This document shows positions 51,609 to 61,097 of a DNA stretch of 64,000 nt, one piece after another (within the stretch, counting starts at the first letter, position 1; each line of letters begins with the position of its first letter). Location of the stretch: the NCBI GenBank assembly GCA_963795085.1, contig CAWCFX010000001.1:1248001-1312000 (forward strand), written 5' to 3'. Under the pieces are notes generated by a model. The model was not told where the DNA came from. It was given only the letters and a program-made list of their open reading frames with translations, and did no database searches. Position numbers and translations under genes: made by a program. This DNA is from an uncultured Gemmatimonadales bacterium. Its GTDB lineage: Bacteria > Gemmatimonadota > Gemmatimonadetes > Gemmatimonadales > GWC2-71-9.

Positions 51609-52313
51609 TTAAAGTGACCGGGTCAGTCCTCCGTCCACCCGGATGTTCTGCCCGGTGATGTAGCCGGCGCCCTCCGAGAGGAGAAACGCGGCGGTGGCGG
51701 CGATTTCATCCGCCTGGCCATAGCGGCCCAGGGGAATGCGCTGCCGATGGGCTTCGTGCTCCGGCAGGGAGTCGATGAAACCGGGGAGGATATTGTTCAT
51801 CCTGATCCGGGCGGCGGCGTACTGGTCGGCGAACAGCTTGGTGAAGGCCGCCAGCCCCGCCCGAACCACGCTCGACGTCGGGAATGCCGGGTCAGGTTCC
51901 ACCGCGCCAAAGGTCGAGATGTTGACGATCGCACCGCCGCCCCGTGCCTGCATGGCAGGCGCGACCAGCCGGGCCACCCGCACCACGTTCAGGAAATACA
52001 CCTCGAGGGCCAGGTGCCAATCCTCGTCGCTGATCGCGAGGAGGGGGCCCTTGGGCCCGTGGCCCGCGCTATTGACGACGGCATCAATACCGCCGAAGGC
52101 GTCGAGCGCCGTTTCGACCAGCCGCCGCAGGTCGTCCGGGTTCTGGTTGGAGCCGGTGATCCCGATGCCGCCGAGTTCGGTGGCCAGCGCCTCGCCCCGC
52201 CCGGAGGAGGAGAGGATGGCGACCTGGTAGCCAAGGCTCGACAGTTTTCGGGCGATGGCCGCGCCCATCCCGCTGCCGCCGGCGGTGATCAGGGCTGTTT
52301 TCGAAGTCCCCAT
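51609..52313 (-). CDS. SDR family oxidoreductase
   Basis: 'TAGGSGMG', 'VNSAG', 'VNIST' and 'YITGQNIRVDGG'. The YxxxK position reads SSVVR (atypical subgroup). Confidence 0.85.
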   Translation of the reverse strand: MGTSKTALITAGGSGMGAAIARKLSSLGYQVAILSSSGRGEALATELGGIGITGSNQNPDDLRRLVETALDAFGGIDAVVNSAGHGPKGPLLAISDEDWHLALEVYFLNVVRVARLVAPAMQARGGGAIVNISTFGAVEPDPAFPTSSVVRAGLAAFTKLFADQYAAARIRMNNILPGFIDSLPEHEAHRQRIPLGRYGQADEIAATAAFLLSEGAGYITGQNIRVDGGLTRSL

Positions 52314-53001
52314 GCGCTAGCCTGGGTTAGTGGACATCATGACAACGGGACAGGGACCTGGCCGTTCGTTTTTTCCAGCCCTATCGGCGTGAAACGGGTT
52401 ACCACGTCTCTCCCCAGCTGTCTGATATTCCCTCTATAGGGGGAGGAGGCCTCTCGGCCCAACGGGACCGTGGCACGACGGCCAGGCAGGCGGTGACCCC
52501 GCCTGTGGCGAAACAGGAATGACGACCGCGACGAACCTCAAAGGCATTCCAAGTATCCGATTGTATAATTGTATAGAGGAAAAGGTGGGCCTGGGATTAC
52601 CACGGCCGGATCGGAGGCAGCAAGCAATGTAATCGACGCGGGGTAGGGAGCAGGCGCAATGTCGTGGGAGGGTGGAACTTGGCCCCTTGACGTGGGAAGG
52701 CCGGGGCGGGATATTTAGGGCCGAACGAACCCGGACCGGGAGACCCCCTCTCCTTGCACCGCCCGGTGTTCGAGCTCCGACAAGAAATCACAGTTTCGTT
52801 TCGATCCGTGGACATTTCCCGCGGTCGAGGTCTGTGCATACCCGATCCCCTGCGCAACCTTTGGTGCCCACTCAGTACGCGTTCACATGCTTGCAGGACA
52901 ATGCCTTGCTGGCGGTTGCCAGGCAGGCTTCTCCGTTCCGTTTTTGATTTCTCCGCGCTCTGGCCCTCCCGGCCGGAGCTTTTCTTGTTAGTACGTACCC
53001 G

Positions 53002-56000
53002 ATGAAAGGGATGTATATGAGGCGCCTGCGCTACACCCTTGGCCTGCTCCTGGCGGTGTTCTGGACCATGCCGCTCCTTGCCCAGGAAGGTACCGGCACG
53101 GTCACGGGCCGGGTGCTGGATCAGGCGTCGCAACGCCCCCTCCAGGGGGCCTCCGTCATGGTCGGCGGACGCACCGCCCAGACCCAGGCGGACGGCCGAT
53201 ACCTGATTACCGGCGTGCCGGCGGGACGCGACACGCTACGGGCCCGGATGATCGGATACTCTCCGATGTCACGTGCCGTCACGGTGGTCGCCGGCCAGAC
53301 CCTGGATGCGGACTTCGGGTTGACCGCCCAGGCCGTGAACCTGGCCGAGATGGTGGTCATCGGGTACGGCGAGCAGGCGGCGGGGAATATCACCGGCGCC
53401 GTCACCAGCGTCTCGTCCGACGAGTTCAATACGGGGCGGGTGGTGACGCCGACCGAGCTGATTCAGAACAAGGTCGCCGGCGTCCAGGTGGTGGAGAACA
53501 ACGAGCCGGGCGGCGGCACGTCCATCCGGATCCGGGGCGCCACCTCTATCAACGCGGCCAGCGATCCGCTGTTCGTCGTTGACGGGCTCCCCCTGGGGAC
53601 CGGCTCCGGCAGCGGTATCTCCGGAGGCCGGGATCCGCTCAACTTCCTGAACTCCGAGGACATCGAAAGCATCACGGTACTCCGCGATGCCTCCGCGGCC
53701 GCGATCTACGGAGCCAACGCCGCCAACGGCGTCATCCTCATCACTACCAAGAAGGGCGCCGCCGGCGGCGGGACCAAGTTCGAGTACAGCGGGAGTGTCT
53801 CCGCCTCGCGGGTCACCAAGCTTCCGTCCATGCTGAATGCCGACCAGTTCCGAGCCGCAGTTACCCAGTACGCGCCGCAAAACGTCTCCCAGCTGCTCAA
53901 CGAGAATACCGACTGGTTCGGCCTGATTGACCGGACCGCCGTCGGCCAGGAGCACACCCTCGCCATGTCGGGGTCCGGCACCAACACGGATTACCGCTTC
54001 TCGGCCAACTATCTCAACCAGAACGGTATCCTCCAGGGCACCAACACCGAGCGGATCGGCCTCGGCGCCAACTACAACCAGCGCCTGCTGGACGACCGGC
54101 TGACCCTCGGGTTCAACCTGCGGGGTTCTCGGGCCAACGATCAGTTCACTCCCGGCGGCGTGCTGTCGAACGCGGCGCAGATGGGCCCCACCCAGCCGGT
54201 CTATGATTCCACCACCGTGTCGGGGTACTACGACTGGCCCGGCGGCCTGACCTCCCCGGACAACCCGATCGCGCTGCTGGACCTGGCGATCGACCGGAGC
54301 ACGACCTACCGGAGCATCGGCAACGCCCAGGCCGGCTACAGCCTGCCGTTTCTGAACGGGCTCAAGGCCAACCTCAACCTCGGGTACGACGTGACGAGGG
54401 CGGACCGGGAGACCTTCAACCCCAGCGTGCTGCACCGCCAGACGGTGAGCGACAGCGGCACCCAGACCCGGAGCAATCCGCTCCAGGTCAACACGGTGCT
54501 GGAGGCCTTCCTGAACTACGTGCCGCCCCGGAACCTCGGTCCCGGTATCCTGGACGTGACGGGCGGCTACTCCTTCTCGAAGTCGCATGCCGAGTACCCG
54601 TATTTCCAGGCGCGCGGCCTGGCCACGGACGCCCTGGGCCCCGGTGGCATCCCGTCGGCGGCCATCATCCAGAACACCCTGGACGTGCAGGAGAGCAGGC
54701 TGATCTCCTTCTTCGGCCGGCTGAACTACAATATTAACGACCGCTACCTCGCGGCGTTCAGTCTCCGGCGGGACGGGTCGTCCCGGTTCGGCGACGGCAA
54801 CAACTGGGGTACCTTCCCGTCGGTCGCGCTGGCCTGGCGGCTTTCCGAGGAAGGGTTCCTGCGCGGGATGAGCTCCCTGTCGGACCTGAAACTGCGGGCT
54901 TCGTGGGCCCGGACCGGCAACCAGGCCTTCGCCAACTACCAGCAGTTTGCCACCTACCGGGTCGGCGATGCGCAGTCGCAGTACGCCTTTGGCGATACCC
55001 TGGTGACTACCATCCGGCCCGGCGCCGTTGATCCGAACATCAAGTGGGAGGCCACCCGGTCCGTTGACGTGGGCCTCGATTTCGGATTCAACAACCAGCG
55101 CATCAGCGGCTCCATCGACTACTACGAGAAGAAGACCACGGACCTGATCTTCACGGTCCCTATCGCGGCCGGGACGAACCTGTCCAACTTCCTGACCACC
55201 AACATCGGCAGCATGCAGAACAAGGGCGTGGAGTTCAGCCTGGGCGCCCGGCTGCTGGATGGCGGATCCACCGGCCTCACCTGGCAGGCGGATTTCACCG
55301 CGGCCCACAACAGCAATCAGCTGCTGACCATCAATCCCCAGGCCGGGGCGGGGGCCAAGATCCTCACCGGCGGCATCGCCGGCGGCGTGGGCACCAACAT
55401 CCAGGTGCTGACGCCGGGCCAGCCGATCAACTCGTTCTTCGTGTACGAGCACAAGCTGGATTCCAGCGGCAAGCCGATCTACGCCGATGAGAACGGTGAC
55501 AACACAATCAACGAGCAGGACCTTTACGTGGACCAGAACGGGGACAACATCATCAACCAGGATGACCTCCGGGCCTTCCACGACCCGGCGCCGAAGTGGA
55601 TCGTGGGCCACTCTTCCTATATGGCCTATGGCAAGTTCGACTTTGGCTTTACCCTGCGGGCCTACCTCGGGAACTACGTGTACAACAACGTGGCCTCCAA
55701 CCTGGGCACCTACGCCGAGGTCGGCCGCGGATCGCCGTACAACCTGCACACCTCGGTGCTGGAGACCAATTTCGCCACGCCCCAGTACCAGTCCGATTAT
55801 TATGTAGAGAAGGCCTCGTTCCTGCGGATGGACAACCTGACCGTTGGCTACTCCTTCAGCCTCCAGGGCCAGGCGGCCCGGGTGTATGGCACCGTTCAGA
55901 ACGCTTTCACCCTTACGGGGTATAGCGGGGTGGATCCCACCGCCGGGCTGAACGGGATCGACAATAACATTTACCCCCGCTCCCGCACCTTCACGGGTGG

Positions 56001-56019
56001 CCTGAGCCTCCGGTTCTAA
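53002..56019 (+). CDS. susC: SusC/RagA-type TonB-dependent outer-membrane transporter
   Basis: N-terminal carboxypeptidase-regulatory-like domain, 'VVIGYG', plug 'IRIRG...DPLFVVDG' and 'DIESITVLRDASAAAIYG..AANGVILITTKKG', 'KWEAT', and terminal 'YPRSRTFTGGLSLRF'. Confidence 0.93.
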   Translation: MKGMYMRRLRYTLGLLLAVFWTMPLLAQEGTGTVTGRVLDQASQRPLQGASVMVGGRTAQTQADGRYLITGVPAGRDTLRARMIGYSPMSRAVTVVAGQTLDADFGLTAQAVNLAEMVVIGYGEQAAGNITGAVTSVSSDEFNTGRVVTPTELIQNKVAGVQVVENNEPGGGTSIRIRGATSINAASDPLFVVDGLPLGTGSGSGISGGRDPLNFLNSEDIESITVLRDASAAAIYGANAANGVILITTKKGAAGGGTKFEYSGSVSASRVTKLPSMLNADQFRAAVTQYAPQNVSQLLNENTDWFGLIDRTAVGQEHTLAMSGSGTNTDYRFSANYLNQNGILQGTNTERIGLGANYNQRLLDDRLTLGFNLRGSRANDQFTPGGVLSNAAQMGPTQPVYDSTTVSGYYDWPGGLTSPDNPIALLDLAIDRSTTYRSIGNAQAGYSLPFLNGLKANLNLGYDVTRADRETFNPSVLHRQTVSDSGTQTRSNPLQVNTVLEAFLNYVPPRNLGPGILDVTGGYSFSKSHAEYPYFQARGLATDALGPGGIPSAAIIQNTLDVQESRLISFFGRLNYNINDRYLAAFSLRRDGSSRFGDGNNWGTFPSVALAWRLSEEGFLRGMSSLSDLKLRASWARTGNQAFANYQQFATYRVGDAQSQYAFGDTLVTTIRPGAVDPNIKWEATRSVDVGLDFGFNNQRISGSIDYYEKKTTDLIFTVPIAAGTNLSNFLTTNIGSMQNKGVEFSLGARLLDGGSTGLTWQADFTAAHNSNQLLTINPQAGAGAKILTGGIAGGVGTNIQVLTPGQPINSFFVYEHKLDSSGKPIYADENGDNTINEQDLYVDQNGDNIINQDDLRAFHDPAPKWIVGHSSYMAYGKFDFGFTLRAYLGNYVYNNVASNLGTYAEVGRGSPYNLHTSVLETNFATPQYQSDYYVEKASFLRMDNLTVGYSFSLQGQAARVYGTVQNAFTLTGYSGVDPTAGLNGIDNNIYPRSRTFTGGLSLRF

Positions 56020-56060
56020 TGCGAAACGCTGAATTCGAACACCCCAACGGGGATACCACT

Positions 56061-57635
56061 ATGAAACGCACTATCCGCAAGGCACTCGCCGCCGTCGTAC
56101 TGGCCGCCGGGCTGTTCGTGGCCGGCTGCACGGACACCACGGTAGAGCCGAAGAGCACCATCACCGACGCCAATATCTTCAGTGATCCGGCGTCCTACCG
56201 GGCTTTCCTCGCCAAGATCTACGCGGGCCTGGCCGTCAGCGGCCAGCAGGGGCCCGCCGGGCAGCCGGACATCTCCGGCATTGACGAAGGCTTCTCCCAG
56301 TACCTCCGTCTCTATTGGGAAGCCCAGGAACTGCCGACTGACGAAGCCGTCATCGGCTGGGGCGACGTCGGGCTGCCCGAGATGAACACCCAGCTCTGGG
56401 CCTCGTCCAACTCCTTCGTCGTCGCCATGTACTACCGGGTCTACTTCCAGATCGGCATGGCCAACGAGTTCCTGCGCCAGACCACCGACGCCAAGCTCTC
56501 GGAGCGCGGCGCCAGCAACCAGCTCAAGGCCCAGGTGCAGGAATACCGGGCCGAGGCGCGCTTCCTTCGCGCGCTGAGCTACTGGCACGGGATCGACTTC
56601 TTCGGGGACATCCCCCTCCTGACCGAGAACGATCCGATCGGCAACACGGCTCCGCAGCAGAGCAGCCGGCAGGCGATCTATGATTACCTCGTCAGCGAGT
56701 TGACCGCGATCCAGGGCCAACTCCCGGTGGCCGGCGTCGCCGGGTTCGGGCGGGCGACCAACATCGCGGCCTCGATGCTCCTGGCCAAGGTGTACCTGAA
56801 CGCCGAGGTGTATGCCGGCTCACCGCACTATGCCGAAGCCCTGGCGGCCGCCTCGGCGGTCATCGCGGGACCGTACACCCTCGACGATAATTACCAGGAC
56901 ATGTTCCTGGCCGACAACAACACCTCCCCCGAGATCATTTTCCCGGTCATCCAAAACGGGCTCTATACCCAGACCTGGGGCGGCGTGACCTTCCTGGTGC
57001 ATGCCAGCTGTGGCGGCTCGATGAACAGCGGCGACTACGGCCACAACGGCTGCTGGTGGGGGCTTCGTCTCAAGCAGGAGGCGTACAACTTCTACGGCGC
57101 CGGCGACACCCGGGACGATTACTTCTACACCAGTGGGCAGAACGTCGCCGTGGCAAGCATCGGCAATTTCAACGATGGTATCGCCGCGCCGAAGTTCCAG
57201 AACGTGACCTCCACGGGCGGCTCCGGGTCCAACGGCACCCATGTGGACACCGACTTCCCGATGTTCCGGCTGGCCGATGCCTACCTGATCTACGCCGAGG
57301 CGCACCTGCGCGGCGGTGGGGGCAGCGCGGGGACGGCGCTGGGGTACGTCAATGCGCTCCGGCAGCGGGCCTATGGCGACAACAGCGGCGACATTACCGC
57401 GCCTGAACTCACTCTCCAGTTCATTCTCGACGAGCGGGGCCGGGAACTGCTGTGGGAAGGCCACCGGCGGACCGACCTGATCCGGTACGGGCTCTTCACC
57501 GGACCCGGCTATCTCTGGGCCTGGAAGGGCAACTCGGCGACGGGAGTCGCGACCGAGACCTTCCGTGACCTGTTCCCGATCCCCGCGTCGGAACTGGTGG
57601 CCAATCCGAACCTGACGCAGAACCCGGGCTACTAA
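56061..57635 (+). CDS. susD: SusD/RagB-type glycan-binding lipoprotein
   Basis: Lipobox VAGC, 'AEARFLRAL.Y', 'FRLADAYLIYAEA', 'ERGRELLWEGHRRTDLIR' and 'NPNLTQNPGY'. Confidence 0.93.
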   Translation: MKRTIRKALAAVVLAAGLFVAGCTDTTVEPKSTITDANIFSDPASYRAFLAKIYAGLAVSGQQGPAGQPDISGIDEGFSQYLRLYWEAQELPTDEAVIGWGDVGLPEMNTQLWASSNSFVVAMYYRVYFQIGMANEFLRQTTDAKLSERGASNQLKAQVQEYRAEARFLRALSYWHGIDFFGDIPLLTENDPIGNTAPQQSSRQAIYDYLVSELTAIQGQLPVAGVAGFGRATNIAASMLLAKVYLNAEVYAGSPHYAEALAAASAVIAGPYTLDDNYQDMFLADNNTSPEIIFPVIQNGLYTQTWGGVTFLVHASCGGSMNSGDYGHNGCWWGLRLKQEAYNFYGAGDTRDDYFYTSGQNVAVASIGNFNDGIAAPKFQNVTSTGGSGSNGTHVDTDFPMFRLADAYLIYAEAHLRGGGGSAGTALGYVNALRQRAYGDNSGDITAPELTLQFILDERGRELLWEGHRRTDLIRYGLFTGPGYLWAWKGNSATGVATETFRDLFPIPASELVANPNLTQNPGY

Positions 57636-57664
57636 GCCGGGAGTACCACGGGATTATCCACCCT

Positions 57665-57704
57665 CAGCTCCGTCGCCGATCCGGCGGCGGAGCTGCGGTT
57701 TTTT
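57665..57704 (+). terminator. Intrinsic terminator-like hairpin between susD and the amylase
   Basis: CAGCTCCGTCGCCG-ATC-CGGCGGCGGAGCTG (14-bp stem, one G-U pair) followed by CGG and a run of six T. Confidence 0.65.
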
Positions 57705-57719
57705 GCGGAGTCGAATCGC

Positions 57720-59303
57720 ATGCCGCTGCAACCCTTCCGCGTCTCATTCTGCGTGCTGGCCCTGGCGCTCACCGCCTGCGGTGAAAGCGCCGGACCACCA
57801 ACCGGGGGCGGCGGGCCCCCCGGCGGCCGTCCCTCCCTCCCCGCTACGTACCGGCCCAGCGGCCACATGGCCGCGGGCGATGTCGCCGTGCATCTCTTCG
57901 AGTGGAAGTGGACCGATATCGCCACCGAGTGCGAACAGGTCCTGGGCCCGGCCGGGTTCAAGGCGGTGCAGGTTTCCCCGCCCCAGGAGCACAGCCTGAC
58001 TCCCAGCCGGGACTGGAGCCAGCGCTATCAGCCGGTGAGCTACAGCCTGGCCCAGAGCCGGTCCGGAACCGAGGCCGAGTTCGTGGCCATGGTCCAGCGC
58101 TGCAAGGCCGCGGGCGTCGGGATCGTCGTGGACGCGGTCATCAACCACATGACCAACTTCCCGAGCCCCGGGGTGGGCAGCGCGGGGACCGCCTACACCA
58201 AGTACGAGTACCCGGGGCTCTACACGGCGGCGGACTTTCATACCCCCTGCGCGCTCAACAACTACCAGAGCGCCGCCAACGTCCAGGAGTGCGAGCTCTT
58301 CTCGCTGCCCGACCTCAAGACCGGCTCGACGTCGGTGCGGGAGACTATCGCGGACTACCTGGTCCGGCTGGTCGAGATCGGAGTCGAGGGGTTCCGGATT
58401 GACGCGGCAAAGCACATCCAGCAGGTAGAGCTGGACGACATCCTGGACCTGGTGGACAATACGGTGACGGGGCTGGGGCTGCCCCTGCCGTACTGGTACC
58501 TCGAGGTGGTGGGCGGCTCCGGCGAGGCCATCACGGCACGGGACTACTTCGGGGCGGCCTATAGTTCCGGCGGCGCGGCCGACATCACCGAGTTCACCTT
58601 CACCGGCGTGGCCGACAAGTTCCGGCGCGTCGGGGGCCAGTATATCGCCCAGCTCAACCCCAACGGGCCGCCGGGGAGCCAGTTCTCTCCCACCGCCTGG
58701 GGCATGATGGCCTCGGACAAGGCCGTCGTCTTCCTGCAGAACCACGATACCCAGCATACCTGCGGCATCGGCTACCTGGATGGCGACGTGTTCCGGATCG
58801 CCAACGTCTGGATGCTGGCCCAGCCCTACGGGTACCCGTCCATCCTGTCCAGCTACGCCTTCAGTTGCCCCAACGGAAACTCGGCAGGGCCCCCTTCCGA
58901 TCCCGGCGGCAACACCAACGACGTGACCTGCGCCGCCGTCATGGAGTCCGCCGTCATCGGAGAGTGGGTCTGCGAGCACCGCGACCGGTCCATCCTCGAC
59001 ATGGTGGAGTTCCGCCGCACCGTCGCCGGCACGAACATCGTGAACTGGTGGGACAACGGGGCCCACGCCATCGCGTTCGCGCGCGGCACGCTGGGCTTCG
59101 TGGCCATCAATGGCGAGAGCACCAGCCTGGTGGCTACCCTGGCTACCGGCCTCGCCCCGGGCAGCTACTGCGACCGGCTGACCGGCGGACGGGTGGCCGG
59201 GGCCTGCGCGGGGGTCACCGTCGTGGTGGACCCGGCCGGGGACGCGCAGGTGGACCTGGCGCCGGTGTCGGCGGTGGCGTTCGACGTTACCACCCGGTTG
59301 TAG
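57720..59303 (+). CDS. GH13 alpha-amylase lipoprotein (animal/actinobacterial-type)
   Basis: Lipobox LTAC, Pro/Gly linker, 'VHLFEW', 'RYQPVSY', 'GFRIDAAKH', 'YLEV', 'QNHD' and 'WVCEHR'. Confidence 0.9.
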   Translation: MPLQPFRVSFCVLALALTACGESAGPPTGGGGPPGGRPSLPATYRPSGHMAAGDVAVHLFEWKWTDIATECEQVLGPAGFKAVQVSPPQEHSLTPSRDWSQRYQPVSYSLAQSRSGTEAEFVAMVQRCKAAGVGIVVDAVINHMTNFPSPGVGSAGTAYTKYEYPGLYTAADFHTPCALNNYQSAANVQECELFSLPDLKTGSTSVRETIADYLVRLVEIGVEGFRIDAAKHIQQVELDDILDLVDNTVTGLGLPLPYWYLEVVGGSGEAITARDYFGAAYSSGGAADITEFTFTGVADKFRRVGGQYIAQLNPNGPPGSQFSPTAWGMMASDKAVVFLQNHDTQHTCGIGYLDGDVFRIANVWMLAQPYGYPSILSSYAFSCPNGNSAGPPSDPGGNTNDVTCAAVMESAVIGEWVCEHRDRSILDMVEFRRTVAGTNIVNWWDNGAHAIAFARGTLGFVAINGESTSLVATLATGLAPGSYCDRLTGGRVAGACAGVTVVVDPAGDAQVDLAPVSAVAFDVTTRL

Positions 59304-59313
59304 GCTGGTCTGT

Positions 59314-59696
59314 CTCACCACGGAGTCACGGAGGTCTCGGAGGCTGCACGGAGCAAACGCCAGGTTGCTCCATCGCCTCTACACCCGAGCGACGTCCTGG
59401 TGGACTGTATCCAGAGTACCGACCGGGCGGCAAAAACCGATTTACCACGGAGTCACGAAGTTCACGAAGGCAGCACGAAGAAGCTTCATGCTGCCCCCAG
59501 GGTAATTGGGATGGCGGTTCTTGGCCTACGGTTGGTCCTCCGTGCTACCTCAGTGTGCTTCGTGGCTCCGTGGTGAGCTGTTCGTCAGCGGCTGTCGAAA
59601 CATGTAAGACAGTCCACTTGTGATTCATGAAAGTGATCCCCGGCCTGGCGGCCCTGCTCCGAGTGAACTCAGTGCTCTCCGTGACTCCGTGGTGAG
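59314..59696. repeat. Four ~38-bp repeat units in nested inverted arrangement
   Basis: Forward copies at 59314-59353 and 59444-59480, inverted copies at 59538-59577 and 59657-59696. The outer 20 bp (CTCACCACGGAGTCACGGAG) match perfectly. Each unit has an internal CACG(G/A)AG sub-repeat every 9-10 nt. Confidence 0.85.
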
Positions 59697-59726
59697 GCTC
59701 TGAGCCACCCTAACGAGGTGTCCCGA

Positions 59727-61097
59727 ATGTTCGCGCGCCGAATCGCTCTTCTCATCCCTCTGCTTCCCCTGCTCGCCTGCGGCACCCCCGAACCGGCGAA
59801 GCAGCCGGCGGCCACGACGGCTTCCAGCGACTCCGCCTGGGTTTCCCAAAGCGCCCTCTATGAAGTGTTCGTCCGGGATTTCTCACCGACCGGCGATTTC
59901 AAGGGTGTCATGGCCGGGCTGGACCGGATCGCCGCCACCGGGGCCAACGTGATCTGGCTGATGCCGATCCACCCCGTGGGCGTACTGAACCGAAAGGGCA
60001 CGCTTGGATCATCCTACGCGGTCCGGGACTACCTGGCGGTCAACCCCGAGTACGGGACAAAGGAAGATTTTCGAGCCCTGGTGGACTCCGTGCACCGGCG
60101 GGGGATGAAACTGATCATCGACTGGGTGCCTAACCATACGTCCCCCGACAACGTCTGGGTCGGCGAACATCCCGATTTCTACGTCCGGGACGCCCAGGGT
60201 CAGCTGATCACCCCGATCGACGGCGACGGCAAGCCCACCGACTGGACCGACGTCGCCGAGCTGGACTACGGCAAGCCGGCGCTGCGGCAGGCCATGACCG
60301 CGGCGATGACCCACTGGCTGGTGGAATACGGACTCGACGGGTTCCGGGTGGACGTCGCGGGCTTCGTGCCCTACGACTACTGGCGGGAGGCCGTCCCCGC
60401 GCTCCGGGCCTCGGTGCCCCGTCCCATCCTCCTGCTGGCCGAGTGGGGTGATCTCGAAATGCACCGCCTGGGGTATGACCTGACCTACGGGTGGGACGGG
60501 TACGCCCGGCTCAAGGCCGTCTGGAAAGGCGCCCCCGCCTCGACCTTCGTGCAGGGCGAGTTGCCGCAGATGGATTCAATGCCGGCCGGCGGCGCCCGGC
60601 TTCGTTTCAGCACCAACCACGATGAGACCGCGTGGGACCTGCCCGCCATTGCGCTATTTCAGGGCCCGGCTGGCGCGCGTGCGGCGTTTGTCGCCATCAC
60701 CCTGCTGCCCGGCCGTCCCCTCCTGTACAATGGCCAGGAGGTAGAAAGCCCCCAGAAACTTCCGCTCTTCGAGCGGGACCCGATCACCTGGGACCGTGCC
60801 GGGGCCGATAGCGCCCGCGCTTTCTACCGCCGGGTCATCGAACTCTCCCGGACCGAGCCCGACCTGCGCTCCGGAAGCCTGCACGAGGTTGAGACCAGCG
60901 CCCCAGCCGACATCATCGCGTACCGGCGGGGAGCTCTCACGGTCCTGGTAAACCCGCGGGCGGCCGAGCGACGGTTTACTCTGGTCAATGCCGACCCGGC
61001 CGGTTCGACTGACCTGCTCAGCGGCCGCGCGCATGGGGCGCCGGACGTGACGCTTCCAGCCTATGGCGCGGTCGTGCTCAAGCCCGCGGCGCGATGA
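59727..61097 (+). CDS. GH13 alpha-amylase-family lipoprotein
   Basis: Lipobox LLAC, 'IWLMPIHP', 'DWVPNH', 'GFRVDVA', 'LAEW' and 'TNHDE'. Confidence 0.9.
   Translation: MFARRIALLIPLLPLLACGTPEPAKQPAATTASSDSAWVSQSALYEVFVRDFSPTGDFKGVMAGLDRIAATGANVIWLMPIHPVGVLNRKGTLGSSYAVRDYLAVNPEYGTKEDFRALVDSVHRRGMKLIIDWVPNHTSPDNVWVGEHPDFYVRDAQGQLITPIDGDGKPTDWTDVAELDYGKPALRQAMTAAMTHWLVEYGLDGFRVDVAGFVPYDYWREAVPALRASVPRPILLLAEWGDLEMHRLGYDLTYGWDGYARLKAVWKGAPASTFVQGELPQMDSMPAGGARLRFSTNHDETAWDLPAIALFQGPAGARAAFVAITLLPGRPLLYNGQEVESPQKLPLFERDPITWDRAGADSARAFYRRVIELSRTEPDLRSGSLHEVETSAPADIIAYRRGALTVLVNPRAAERRFTLVNADPAGSTDLLSGRAHGAPDVTLPAYGAVVLKPAAR

Noticed and set aside
52471..52490. Sigma-54-like TGGCACG in the susC upstream region
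   Set aside because: There is no TTGC-like -12 element at the required spacing.
52597..53133. ORFs in the SDR-susC intergenic region
   Set aside because: They lack GC3 bias, an RBS and recognisable motifs, and the longest overlaps the susC start on the opposite strand.
59314..59696. CRISPR array interpretation of the four repeats
   Set aside because: Repeats are in both orientations and degenerate, the spacers are unequal (about 57-90 bp), and there are no cas genes.
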